A stretch of 64,000 bases of DNA, from positions 65,534,001 through 65,598,000 of the forward strand of contig OX597825.1 in assembly GCA_951406725.2 (NCBI GenBank). The letters are read 5' to 3'. A model generated the notes under the pieces. The model saw nothing but the letters and a program-made list of their open reading frames with translations, was not told where the DNA came from and ran no database searches. Position 1 is the first letter of the stretch. Each line of letters opens with the position of its first letter. Below, in pieces: positions 1 to 13,407 of this stretch. The position numbers and the translations under genes were made by a program. Source of the DNA: Octopus vulgaris. Its lineage: Eukaryota.

Positions 1-86
1 GTCCAGCGTCTCCACTTTATTATTTTCTTTTTTAATTTATGCATGATGTATCTTGGTACACGTTACTCAATGTCTCTTTCCAGTTG

Positions 87-118
<32 letters not shown>

Positions 119-119
119 T

Positions 120-325
120 AAGGCAGTGAGCTGGTAGAATTATCATTTTGCATTCCAGACAAAATGCTTAGTGGCATTTTGTCTGGCATTTTATGCAATG
201 AGTTCAGTTGCCCACAAGGTCAACTTTGCCTTCCAAGTTATGGGATCGATAAAATAAGTACCACTTGAAAAATGAGGTCAATGAAATAAACTCAACTCTT
301 CCCTAAAAATTGCTTTCCTTGTAAA
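120..325 (+). mobile_element. Nin/Deu-domain-like SINE, diverged copy
   Basis: AAGGCAGTGAGCTGGTAGAA head and CTTTGCCTTCCA...GATAAAATAAGTACCA core shared with many other copies in the window; flanked by (ATT)n. Confidence 0.75.
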
Positions 326-329
326 CGAA

Positions 330-385
<56 letters not shown>

Positions 386-567
386 TACTCTTTTACTCAT
401 TTCAGTCATTTGACTGTGGCCATGCTGGAGCACTGCCTTTAGTCGAGCAAATCGACCCCAGGACTTATTCTTTGTAAGCCTAGTACTTATTCTATCGGTC
501 TCTTTTGCCGAACCTCGAAGTAACGGGGACATTAGCACACCAGCATTGGGGACAAACACACACACGC

Positions 568-598
<31 letters not shown>

Positions 599-765
599 GA
601 TACGACGGGCTTCTTTCAGTTTCCGTCTACCAAATCCACTCACAAGGCTTTGGTCGGCCCGAGGCTATAGTAGATGACACTTGCCCAAGGTGCCATGCAG
701 TGAACTGAACCCGGAACCATGTGGTTGGTAAACAAGCTACTTACCACACAGCCACTCCTGCACCT
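386..765 (-). mobile_element. SINE family A (tRNA-like head, CCTTGGGCAAG CORE-like box, internal (TA)n/(TG)n, AAAAGAGT tail)
   Basis: Reverse complement reads GGTGCAGGAGTGGCTGTGTGGTAAGTAGCTTG...GGTTCCGGGTTCAGT...GGCACCTTGGGCAAG; more than 15 similar copies in the window. Confidence 0.9.
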
Positions 766-1124
766 GATAATAATAATTATCATTATCATTATTATCATTA
801 TTATTATTATTATTATTATTATAAAATAACTGTTCAATATTTGATAGATTGTAGCAAATTATTACTGCATCACTTGCTATTGGGAGTGTACGAACTCTTC
901 CCAGTACTGTATTGTGTTAGCTCTTTATCCTTAAGGTGTGGTGCTGTCATTTGTTGTGTTACTGCTTGTATTGTGTGTTGAGTGTATATTGCTTTGGTTT
1001 TATAGCTTGCTGGTGGGAGTTTATTTCATTGGGTAAATGGTGTATAGAGTGTGTCTTGTATTTGTGGGTTATTTTGATTAGGTTGTTTTGTTTTTATTAT
1101 TATTATCATTATTATCATTACTAC

Positions 1125-1184
<60 letters not shown>

Positions 1185-1448
1185 TTCCATTCTACTCCTC
1201 AGAACTCTTGATTTTATTTGCTCCAGTTAATTCTGTCAAAATGGACAACAGCTTCTTGTCAATAGTCTCACATTTCGTCTGTCACTATATTTTGACTTCA
1301 AATTCCACTGAAGTCGACTTTGCCTTTCATCCTTTCAGGGTCAATAAATTAAGTGCCAGTGAAACACTGGAGTCAATGTAATCAACTCATCCCTTCTCCA
1401 AACTGGTTGCCCTTGAGGCAAAATTTGAAGCCATTATTATTATCATTA

Positions 1449-1509
<61 letters not shown>

Positions 1510-1794
1510 GTATTGCTGTTGTTACTATTATTATTGGTGGGGTAGGTTTGGTATGATTTAATGATGATTTGGCAGCAAATTCTGGCTAACTAAACAATCA
1601 TACTGTTAACAATTTGTCTTGATATTTTTCTGTGTTTTTTAACAAACATGAACTAATACTGTCAAGGGATAGAATGTCAAATTAAACAAATTCTTAAAAA
1701 GCTGAAATTTACATTCAAATTTCAAAATCAAATTTCACTAATCTAAAGGTGAATGAAATTTGTTAGATGATACAATTCTGGATATATACTTTTT

Positions 1795-2196
1795 TACACT
1801 TTTAGTTATTTTGCTTCAGTCGTTTGACTGTGGCCATGCTGGAGCACCACCTTTAGTCAAACGAATTGACTTATTCTTTGCAAGCCTAGTACTTATACTA
1901 TTGTCTCTTTTGCCAAACCACAAAGCTACGGGGATGTAAACATACCAGCATCGGTTGTCAAGCAATGATAGGGGTGATAGACACAGACACACAAACACAC
2001 AGACACAGACACACACACACACATATATATATACTATGGGCTTCTTTCAGTTTCCATCTATCAAATCCACTCACAAGGCTTGAATTGGCATGAAGCTATA
2101 GCAGAAGACACTTGCCCAAGGTGCCACACAGTGGGACTGAACACAGAACCATGTGGTTGGTAAGCAAGCTACTTACTACACAGCTACTCCTGCACC
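1795..2196 (-). mobile_element. SINE family A copy
   Basis: Colinear with 386-765. Confidence 0.85.
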
Positions 2197-2471
2197 TATT
2201 TATGTATATATCTCATGATGATGATGATGATGATGATAATGATGATAGCAGCAATGATGATGACAACAATACTGATGGTGATGACAAATATGATTCACCA
2301 TTATCACACTTAATTACAAGCATAAATTTCAGATAAAAATATCTAAGCTATCTTAAAAAAACATTCTACTTTTTCAGACAATTAACCACATTTTTTTTTT
2401 GAGTATATATTAACAATATTTAAATCAACACTTCATTTTGATGTCTTGTTCCTGAATATATATATATATAT

Positions 2472-2994
<523 letters not shown>

Positions 2995-3209
2995 CAAGAT
3001 TCTTCCAGCTTTGTCTACCAAATCCACTCATGAAGTTTGTGCTGCCCCGAAGCTATAACAGGGAGCATTTGATGAAACTGGCATGCAGTGAGACTGAACT
3101 CAGAACTGTGTGGTTGGGAAGCGAACTTCTTACCTCTCAGCCATGCTTGCAATTATAGCTATCTTAGCACCTATATATGTATACACACATGTGTGTGTGT
3201 GTACATGAC

Positions 3210-3266
<57 letters not shown>

Positions 3267-3454
3267 GTGTATATGCATATATATATGTATGTGTGTATAT
3301 ACATCTATACATATATATACACACACACACACACACAGACAAAGAAATTGAGGGGTGTTACATATAGATGTTTAGATATCAATATATACATATGCATAAT
3401 ATATATATATATATATATATTTATATTTACATGTATATATACATATATGTTTGT

Positions 3455-3536
<82 letters not shown>

Positions 3537-3562
3537 GTATACATCTATACATATATATACAC

Positions 3563-3634
<72 letters not shown>

Positions 3635-4110
3635 CATTTATGTGGTCACAGACAACCAGAAATAAAACTGATTGAAACATAGTGTAGATATAATTACTGT
3701 AAATATACATTCTGAAGATGAAGTTAATAGCATGGAAAATTATAAACTTAATAACAGTAACTTATCTCAGACATTTAAACATTAATCTTACTTTTAACAA
3801 TTGAACATTTCAAAGTATAAAAAACACATAAATTCACCAAAAACAAAAACACATAGTAAAAATAAAATCAAAATTATGTTTCCAAAATACTAAAGTGTTC
3901 TATGATATTTTTTGTCTTGTTAGTCGAATAAAGATTTTTATAATGATTCTGTTAGTCTAAGCAGACTAGGACTGACTGGCGTGGAATTAATTGAGTTAAT
4001 ATTCCGTTTGGAAAGGTGGTGGGATGGCAATAATGGTAAAGTGCATTCTTATTGTAAATAAACACATCACAGACAAGCCAGCTAGTAATAGGGACTAGGT
4101 GTCTCTCATA

Positions 4111-4674
4111 TTGGGTTGTCCAGAAAGTTCATGCCGATTTTTAAAGGAAAGAAAAAGGTCAATAAATACTTGCCATTACATGCTTAATCAACCAAATATG
4201 AACCATTTTGTTGCACAACGCGTCTCCATCTTTCCTATAACTTGAAAATATCCTCTTCCCAGAATTGAGGTGGTTTCATGGCAAAGAATTCATCAAGGTA
4301 TCTTTTTTACGTCATACAAGGAATTGAAATTTTTAACATTAACACTATTCTGCAGAAACCTGAATAAGTGGAAATCCGAGGGAGCAATATCTGGTGAATA
4401 TGGAGGGTGGGGTAACACATCCCAGCCAAGCTGCAGCAATTTTTGTCTGGTCCCCAAAGCATCAAGGGCTGAAAATGAACTTTCTTATCTTCTATTTTAA
4501 AGGGTTACAGAATTAACATAGGTTATAGGAACATAAACCTTCCATGAAACGATAGCTTAAACTGTGCTCTAAATGGAGATGTAGTGAAATCCTATTTTAT
4601 CGACTCAACCATGTTCTAAAATAAGTCGAAAGGTAAGCTACTATAAATCGGCATGAACTTTCCAGACAACCCAA
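4111..4674 (-). mobile_element. Internally deleted mariner element
   Basis: 30-bp TIRs at 4111-4140 and 4645-4674 (28/30 match), flanked by TA on both sides; minus strand retains transposase C-terminus LGWDVLPHPPYSPDIAPSDFHLF...RWRRVVQQNGSYLVD with an internal stop. Confidence 0.92.
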
Positions 4675-5333
4675 TACATAGACATGTCCATTAAAAAGGC
4701 CACTGTGTAAAATGCACCCAGTACACTCTCTATAAAGTGGTTAGCATTAGGAAGAATATCCAGCCATAGAAACCATGCCAAAACAGTCTATGGAATTTGG
4801 TGTGGCCCCCTGACCCTGCCAGTTCCTGTTGAGCCGTCCAACCCATGTCAAAGATGACAAATGGATGTTAAATGATGATGATGATGATGATGCTGATGGC
4901 GGTCACTTTTTGTGACAGTTTGGGCAGAGGTATCTTGCTATATACTCTGGATGACCATTGCTTCATGAGAAGAATATTGGTAGATTTAATATGTACAGAA
5001 GACCATTCAATGCCTGTGCATGTGTGTGTGTGTGTGTCTGCATTCGTGTGTGTGTGTGTTGATATAACATGTGTAGGCAAGGGCTAAGGGTTTTAGTAAA
5101 AGAAATCAACTCTAGTACCAAATTATTTCTTACTAAGCTTGGTACTTATTCTATCAATTATGTTTTGCCAAACTACTAAGTTATAGGAACATAAAGAAAC
5201 CAAACAATTACAGGAAACAAACACAAAGAAACACATAGACACACACATGCATACACACATACATACATACATACATACATACATACATACACACACATAC
5301 ATACACACACACATACATACATACATATGTGAA

Positions 5334-5364
<31 letters not shown>

Positions 5365-5391
5365 TAATATAATATATATATATATATATGT

Positions 5392-5638
5392 ACATTGAGA
5401 GAAGAACGAGATGGACGCTTCAATTCTATGCTGTTGCCGCATTATGTCGTATGCGAATGAGAGGATTTGCATCCCCAACCAAGAATTTTTGATGTAACAC
5501 ATGTCCTTGTGGAAGTTGTTGTGCGCGGCTGAAGAAGGCCACAGACATACATTATGCATTGTTATAAATCTGTCTAATAAAGGCCCGAAACATATGTACC
5601 GCTGAATCCTTGGCATTATGTTTTTATTTTGATCAATT
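5392..5638 (+). mobile_element. Penelope-like pseudo-LTR/3' fragment inserted in (TA)n
   Basis: Unique ~245-bp insert flanked by (TA)n on both sides and containing a complete hammerhead core; PLE assignment is inference. Confidence 0.6.
5525..5602 (+). ncRNA. Type I hammerhead ribozyme motif
   Basis: Stem I GCGG(5525-28)/CCGC(5599-5602); CTGAAGA 5529-35; stem II GGCC(5537-40)/GGCC(5582-85); GAAA 5587-90; palindromic stem III ACATATGT; GUA triplet, predicted cleavage after 5598. Confidence 0.75.
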
Positions 5639-5932
5639 TATATATATATATATATATATATAACTTAGAAATAGAAACCAAAACAATAAATTGAACAATT
5701 GAATAATTTAATCATTAAATGATAAATTCAATTTAATTGTTTTATACAAATAAATGACACATCTCATAATTACAGCTGCTCCCACTTCATTAATAAAACC
5801 TAGCTAAATTGTTATATATGTATTAATATATATATATATATATATATAAAATAAATGCCCTCTTTTAAAGCCTAGCCAAGTTCATGGGCCCGGTTTCCCG
5901 GTTTCTATGGCGTATGTGTTCCCCAGCTGGAC

Positions 5933-6011
<79 letters not shown>

Positions 6012-6012
<1 letters not shown>

Positions 6013-6227
6013 CACTTTTCACTTCACTTTGACCGACCAGTCCGTCAGGCGTCCATTTGACACCGCTGGTCACAGCACGCTGTCCACTCCTCTCTGGATC
6101 GCGCCTTTCTCATCCACGTAATCCCAATCATCCTCTTGAAATCGTCACTCCACCGTCGTGGAGGTCTTCCGGGTGGTCTTTTCCACTCACGCAGGTACCA
6201 CTCGACAACTGCGTGCGTCCATCGATT
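6012..6227 (-). mobile_element. RTE-clade LINE, 5'-truncated 3' end
   Basis: Minus strand reads NRWTHAVVEWYLREWKRPPGRPPRRWSDDFKRMIGITWMRKARSREEW...MDA* (stop 6045-6047), matching the RTE ORF2 C-terminal motif KR..GRP..RW.DD; short AAGTG-repeat tail. Confidence 0.88.
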
Positions 6228-6932
6228 ATATATATATATATATATATATATACAGTGGGCTTCCTTCAGTTTCCGTCTGCTAAATCTATGGACAAGGCTT
6301 TAGTCTGGTGTCACAGTGAGACCAAACCCAGAACATGTGGTTGGCAAGCAGCCCTTTCAGTGCCTGTACATATGTGTGTGTGTGTGTGTGTGTTGTGATA
6401 TAACATGTGTAGGCAAGGGCTAAAGGTTTTAGTAAAAGAAATCAACCCTGATACCAACCATATGGGAAGCAGCCCATTCAGAACATGTGGTTGGGAAGCA
6501 GACTTCTTACCACACAGTCATATCTGTGCCTATAGATACAAATATATTTCTTTCACACTAAACATACAAGCAGCTAATTCTTAAACAGTAACATGAAAGT
6601 CATACCAATACGTACCTAACATTTTTACATTATACTTCCAAATATCACTTAGATTATTAATAATTTTTTCCTTTATCCTTTCACCTAATTATCACCTTTT
6701 AATATTAATTTATTCTTTCTTACATAAAGTGTTAATATCAATATTATCATAATAAATACTAATAAGTGTGCATTAGCATAGTTGCATACATTATGATAAT
6801 ATATTCACAAACTCTATATATGCCATATTAGCACATCTTTAAAATATTATAATGATGCATATATTTCATTATATTTGTTTGTTAGCTTTATTTCTTTTTT
6901 CTTTTTTCTTTTTCTTTTTTTTTCCTACTTAC

Positions 6933-7096
6933 ATAAGCTATAAAGCCAGCAGTCACCTTTGAATGACTATGGCTTGGCTAGATGTATGATACTTATGCTA
7001 ATTGTTGTAGGTACCTATATCGTAACAAGCTGACGCAGATGGCCTTTTGATTTTCCTACTCTTTTGACCCAGCCACACTCATCAAGGATGTCACAG
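6933..7096 (-). other. Candidate stop-containing exon of an unidentified minus-strand gene or lncRNA
   Basis: Acceptor attctttctccctccag and donor gtaagt; phase-1 frame [13 protein letters not shown] (stop 7056-7058); all three frames close inside the exon. Confidence 0.45.
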
Positions 7097-7162
7097 CTGG
7101 AGGGAGAAAGAATTTCACCAATGTGTGTGTATGTGTATACACACACACGCATACACACATGC

Positions 7163-7234
<72 letters not shown>

Positions 7235-7294
7235 GTGAGTTGTCTAAGAGACCACAAGTTAGAAAAAATATGCACTCGTATATCTATCAGTATA

Positions 7295-7568
7295 TTTGAA
7301 AAGGTTTTTATTAAATATCCATCATGTCTGATCTTATGAACCAGTTTTGTGCAAGAAAAACAAGGGAGTGTTAGGTAACAAATCGATTATATAACATTAT
7401 GCCCATCAGAGTTAGCTGATATAGAGAGCTGTCGCCTTATTCCCTTCCATATTGGCTAACTCTGATGAGTGTAGTTATATAATTGGTGTGTTACTCCATT
7501 GTATTCTTTACACAAAACCGATTGATAAGACCAGCCATAGTGGACATTTAATACTATAATTTTCAGAT
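7295..7568. repeat. Diverged foldback with decayed hammerhead cores
   Basis: Arms about 7295-7422 and 7449-7568; CTGATGA 7462-68, stem II GTGTA/TACAC, GAAAC mutated to AAAAC; flanked by (TA)n. Confidence 0.75.
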
Positions 7569-7570
7569 TA

Positions 7571-7689
<119 letters not shown>

Positions 7690-7694
7690 GACAT

Positions 7695-7805
7695 AAATAT
7701 CACAAAAGCTTTTACTCAGAGTTTCACGTTCCCATTTGTCGGACAGTTTTGTTTGTTTCAATGAACGAGAACATGAATCTCTGAGTAACAGTTTTTGTGA
7801 TATTT
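7695..7805. repeat. Short foldback with hammerhead 3' half
   Basis: Arms 7695-7733 and 7767-7805; minus strand GAAACTCTGAGTA at 7713-7725; embedded in (TA)n. Confidence 0.7.
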
Positions 7806-8204
7806 TTGCTGCTTTTTAATAAAGTATATACATATATATATATATATATACGTATCATATACATATATGTATATGTATCCATATACATATATACACACAT
7901 ACACATATATATACATATGTGTGTGTGTGTTTTACTGAAGCTTGTGTCACAAGACAAACTTTCAGCTTCACTTTCAAAACAAGCAAAAGAAAGCTTTATC
8001 ATCTACATGTATTGAGTACTCCTCTCATTTTTTCAACATAAGCCAATGTACACTTATATGTGTATATAAGTATGAATGAATGTAAGCTAATCTTTATTCA
8101 GCTTTTGAATCTACTTAAGACATGGATTTTGAGACTGGGACCAAAACTATGTGGTTGAGATACAAACATTTTAAATGCATATAAATATATATGTATGTAT
8201 ACAT

Positions 8205-8616
8205 AGGCACAGGAGTGGCTGTGTGGTAAGTGTAGCTTGCTTACCGACCACATGGTTCCGGGTTCAGTCCCACTGCATGGCACCTTGGGCAAGTTTCTTC
8301 TACAATAGCCTTGCGCCGACAAAAGCCTTGTGAGTCGATTTGGTAGACGGAAGCTGAAAGAAGTCCATCGTTATATACATGTATATATATATATGTACGT
8401 GTGTGTATATGTTTGTGTGTCTGTGTTTGTCCCCCCAACATTGCTTGGCAACTGATGCTGGTGTGTTTACATCCCAGTAACTTAGCAGTTCAGTAAAAGG
8501 AAACAATAGAACAAGTACTAGGCTTACAAAGAATAAGTCCTGGGGTCGATTTGCTTGACTAAAGGTGGTGCTCCAGCATGGCCACAGTCAAATGACTGAA
8601 ACATGTAAAGATAGAG
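8205..8616 (+). mobile_element. SINE family A copy
   Basis: Full head, internal microsatellite and 3' half. Confidence 0.88.
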
Positions 8617-9251
8617 TACATACATGTATATACTCACATATACACATATATATACACACATATACACACACCATATACGGACATATACATATACATACAA
8701 CCATTATTCTTACCCAAGCGTGTTATATACTCACATGGTGTGCATATTTACATGTCTGCTTTGCTATTGTACCACCCTGGAATGTTGCATTACTTTGAGG
8801 TCCCATAAGCATGACAGCCATAGCTGAGCTTGGTGGGATTTGAACATGGATCATATAAAACTATAACAAATGACGAAAGGAATTTTTCTCACATTCTATT
8901 AATCAGCCATCTTCAGTGTTGTGTAGGACTACATCACCAATTGTATCTGTTCCATATTTGGAGCACTATACTGAGATTTGAGAAAGATTGGCTGTTATCT
9001 CTAGCAGAGTGAACAACACCATATCAGCTCCTAAGTTGGCTCATAATCTGGTATGGTGAGCTAACAGTTTTATCAAACTTATTGCTTTTAGTTAGTTGCA
9101 CAACATTACGAAAGTATTGATTATTATTTGATCAGTAGCTTTGCTATATACAATATCATCGTAACTTCAATGAAATATATATGAAAGCAGCAGAAATACA
9201 AAGAAATAATAAAATATATTGTGTGTGTATATAAATGTTTGTGTGTGTGTG

Positions 9252-9286
<35 letters not shown>

Positions 9287-9364
9287 CTAATATATATACA
9301 TAAACACAAATGAATATAAATATATATATGTATTCAGGCACATCTATTCATCCAGCCCTAGATA

Positions 9365-9413
<49 letters not shown>

Positions 9414-9656
9414 GTATGTATATAAAATAGCATTTACAAAGCTTCAGAAAATATATTTATATCAAATATATTCAATATTATAATCAGATACACACACACA
9501 CACACACTCATACATAAACACATATACATACACAGACACACAGACACACACACATATAAGATATATACATATAGGTTTGTGTGTATGTATATGTATATAT
9601 ATATATATATATACACATATATATATATATGTATATATATATACACACACACACAT

Positions 9657-9698
<42 letters not shown>

Positions 9699-9700
9699 AC

Positions 9701-9735
<35 letters not shown>

Positions 9736-10402
9736 TATGTATGTATATATGAAAGAAATATTAATTTCATAAAAATGGATTATAGATTTCTATCATTATA
9801 GAGACAGAATGATATTGAGAAACAGAGAAAGGGAGAGTGACAGAAAGAAAGACAGACAGAGAGACACAAAGAGAGAGAGGGGGATGGGAGAAAAAGAAAA
9901 GAAGGGAAGGGCAAAGAGAGGGAAAGAAAGTGAGAGGGAGTCTTGTTAGAAAACATACAAATAAAGCATTTTTTTTTTTCTGTTCATATTGGGAAAGCTT
10001 ATTACATAAAAGTATATTGTATGTTTTAGTCAAGAATCTTGTCTGCTCCCTATGGCTAAAGAAATCCCAATTTGGAATCAAGCGAGTAAAAGTGAGATTG
10101 GAATATGATGTGGACGTATTATGACATTCGAGAATTAATTTTTTTAATAATCCAATATTTCAGGATGTGTTTATTTTAGCACAACAAATAAAACACATGA
10201 CAACATATTTAACGTGATGTCATGTGTAAAAAAACATTTGAAAAAAAATGGAATCGAGGTGTTTGTTAAATTCCCGTGAATAAATAACGCAAAAAGAACA
10301 AAGATGCAAAAATACTTTTTTGCATAATTTGCGGTTGCTATGTAAGAATGATTATGTATAAGTGCTTAGATATATATATATACTCATATAAGAACACACA
10401 TG

Positions 10403-10506
<104 letters not shown>

Positions 10507-10547
10507 TGTGTGTATGTGTGTGTATATACATATATATGTGCATCGAG

Positions 10548-10833
10548 GGAAGTCGTTACCAGTGCTGCTGGACTGGCTCCTGTGCAGGTGGCACATAAAA
10601 ATCACCATATGAGCATGGCCGGTGCCAGTACCACCTGACTGGCTCTTGTGCCAATGGCATGTAAAAGCACCCATGACACTGTCAGAGTGGTTGGCATTAG
10701 GAAGGGCATCCAGCTGTAGAAACTCTGCCAGATCAGATTGGAGCCTGGTGCAGCCATCTGGTTCGCCAGTCCTCAGTCAAGTCGTTCAACCCATGCTAGC
10801 ATGGAAAGCGGACGTTAAACAATGATGATGATG
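10548..10833 (+). mobile_element. (GAT)n-tailed interspersed repeat (family C)
   Basis: GACTGGCTCCTGTGC...GGCAC subrepeats, GGAAGGGCATCCAGCTGTAGAAAC and a GATGATG tail; other copies near 4700, 13540, 14740, 19085, 33075 and 50905. Confidence 0.8.
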
Positions 10834-10886
<53 letters not shown>

Positions 10887-10958
10887 AATCATATATATAT
10901 ATATATATATATATACGTATACACATATACAAACATACATACTTATACATATATACAT

Positions 10959-11011
<53 letters not shown>

Positions 11012-11015
<4 letters not shown>

Positions 11016-11342
11016 GGTGAGTCAAAAATTAATGCCATTTTGTTTAGGACAGGTATAATTACCAACACAGGAACATGTATTATACATCAAAATGAAGCTG
11101 GTCCTCTATGAATCACATCCCTACTTCTCAACATAATCACCATTTCTCTCAATAGCAATGTTCGAATGAGAGCATGTATCCCTGCCCTTCACTACAGTTT
11201 TCACTTCCTTGTCACTGGAATAATTTAGCACCTTCAGACTATCATCTCTTCGGCCCCATGAAAGAGGGTTTGTGAGGTAAACATTATTTCAGTGACGAGG
11301 AAGTGAAAACTGTAGTGAAGAAGTGGCTCAAAGAACAGTCAA
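11012..11342. mobile_element. Rearranged mariner remnant
   Basis: TIR-like TGAGGGTGAGTCAAAAATT start; plus strand LAPSDYHLFGPMKEGL*GKHYFSDEEVKTVVKKWLKEQS; inverted copy of part of it at 11187-11224. Confidence 0.8.
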
Positions 11343-11383
11343 TTAACACAGATGTTAATGATTTATCCTATCATTACAGCATA

Positions 11384-11980
11384 AAGGTGGCGAGCTGGCA
11401 GAAACGTTAGCATGCCAGGTGAAATGCTTTGCGGTATTTTGTCTGCCGCTACATTGTGAGTTCAAATTCCTTTGAGGTCGGCTTTGCCTTTCATTCTTTC
11501 GGGGTCGATAAATTAAGCACCAGTTATGCACTGGGGTCAACGTAATTGACTTAATACTATTGTCTGTCCTTGTTTGTCCCCCTATGTTTAGCCCCTTGTG
11601 GGTAATAAAGAAATAGGTATTTTGTGTCTTTACGTTCTGAGTTCAAATTCCGCCAAGGTCGACTTTGCCTTTCATCCTTTCAGGGTTGATACATTATGTA
11701 CCAGTTGCGTACTGGGGTCGATTTAATCGATTGGCTCCCTCCCCAAAAATTTCGGGCCTTGTGTCTAGTGTAGAAAAGAATTGTTAGCATGTTGAGGAAA
11801 ATGCTTAAAGGCATTTTGCCTCTCTTCACGTTCTGAGTTCAAATGCCACCAAGGCCAACTTTGCCTTTCTTCCTTTTGGGTCAATAAAATAAATATCATT
11901 TGAGTACCGGGGGTGAATGTAATTGACTTATGTAGCCCCTCCCTGCGAAATTGCTGTCCTTGTGTCAGAATTGGAAATCA
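11384..11980 (+). mobile_element. Head-to-tail multimer of Nin-domain-like SINE
   Basis: Three successive GAGTTCAAAT...CTTTGCCTTTC cores. Confidence 0.85.
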
Positions 11981-12042
11981 AGATATGTCTTGCCAATGTA
12001 GGACAATACCACCATCTCTTCAAAGTCTGTGTGATCATTGAG

Positions 12043-12367
12043 ACTCCTTTCAGTCATGACTGACCATGGGATTGCACCTAGAAAGTTGCCCTCAATGGCA
12101 CAAGTCTGGGGCAAGGTTGTTTATGGAAGACCAGCAGTTGCCCATGCATACCGGTCTCCCCTCTCCACGCCAACGATGTTATCCAAGGGAAAGGCAGAGG
12201 GGCTGATACAGCTTGGCACCAGTGACGTCACAACTCATTTCTACAGCTGAGTGAACTGGAGCAACGTGAAATAAAGTGTCTTGCTCAAGAACACAACACG
12301 CAGCCCAGTCTGGGATTCGAACTCACAACCTCATGATCGTAAGCTCGACACTCTAACCACTGAGCCA
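12043..12367 (-). mobile_element. tRNA-derived SINE, head type B
   Basis: Minus strand TGGCTCAGTGGTTAGAG (A box) and GAGTTCGAATCCC (B box); related copy at 32670-32992. Confidence 0.85.
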
Positions 12368-12459
12368 TATATATGTGTGTATGTGTGTGTGCACGTGTGT
12401 GTGTGTATGTATGCATGTATGTATGTGTGCGTGTATGTATGTATGTGTGCATGTATGTC

Positions 12460-12812
12460 TGATTTTTCTTTGGGTTTTCTTTAAGTTCTACTTGGGAGAA
12501 AGCAACAAGATGTTTTGAATTAAGAGAGTTCCTGATGTTTGAAAATACGTGGTTGAGTTAGTGTGTTCGTTGCACTGTTGGTGCATCTATTCACATAAGA
12601 ATCTCAAATGGAAAATCTTCACTGTGCCACAAATAGATTTGATTTGGAGAATCCACATTCTTTTTTTTTTTAGTTCTTTCACCATGAAACTTAGTATTAC
12701 TAGGTTTTCGTGCACATTTGTTAGTACATAACCTAATGCACCAATGATGATAGGTACAAACGAGAATTCATAATCAGGGTACCAGCGCTGTAAGTTCCAC
12801 ATTAATTCACCT
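12460..12812 (-). mobile_element. R4/Dong-like non-LTR retrotransposon 3' fragment
   Basis: ORF 12587-12802: NLQRWYPDYEFSFVPIIIGALGYV...LQIKSICGTVKI, matching the VPIVIGALG...LQK..L.GT..I tail of R4-clade restriction-like endonucleases; flanked by (TGTA)n. Confidence 0.8.
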
Positions 12813-13174
12813 TATGTATGTATGTATGTATGTATGTATGTATGTATGTATGTATGTATGTACGCCTGCATGTATGTACCCATATATAAATGCTTGTATG
12901 GATATTAAATTTCATATATTTATTTATACAGATGTATATATAAATACATATGGGTTTGGGTGTGAGTCAGTACATGTTTGTGTGTGTTGGTTAGGAGTAG
13001 GTGTGGGTCTGTAGCTAAGGAACCTGCCTCATAGCCATGTGGTTTTGGGTTCTATCCCACAGTGCAGCACTTTGGGCAAGTGTCTTCAATTATAGTCCTG
13101 GGCCAACCAAAGCCTTGTGCACTGATTAGGTAGATAGAAACTGAAAGAGGCCCAGCGTGTATTTGTAGATGTGC

Positions 13175-13407
13175 TATTTCTTTTACTACCCACAAGGGGC
13201 TAAACACAGAGAGGACAAACAAGGACAGACAAACGGATTAAGTCGATTACATCGACCCCAGTGCATAACTGGTACTTCATTTATCGACCCCGAAAGGATG
13301 AAAGGCAAAGACGACCTCGGCGGAATTTGAACTCAGAACGTAGCGGCAGACAAAATACGGCTACACATTTCGCCCAGCGTGCTAACGTTTCTGCCAGCTC
13401 GCCACCT
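13175..13407 (-). mobile_element. Nin-domain-like SINE nested in a SINE A copy
   Basis: 15-bp TSD TATTTGTAGATGTGC at 13160-13174 and 13408-13422. Confidence 0.9.

Noticed and set aside
3640-3770. CTGAAGA and GAAACATAGTGTA fragments; similar partial motifs near 5770 and at 49880-49955 (minus strand)
   Set aside because: Core boxes are incomplete, out of order or lack supporting stems; at most decayed relatives of the hammerhead elements
5392-5460. TLREERDGRFNSMLLPHY as a GIY-YIG C-terminal remnant
   Set aside because: Resemblance to the PLE LNRD.G motif is too weak to claim without a profile search
7011-7050. Plus-strand mini-exon [12 protein letters not shown]
   Set aside because: Overlaps a minus-strand candidate exon with stronger splice signals; peptide not recognised
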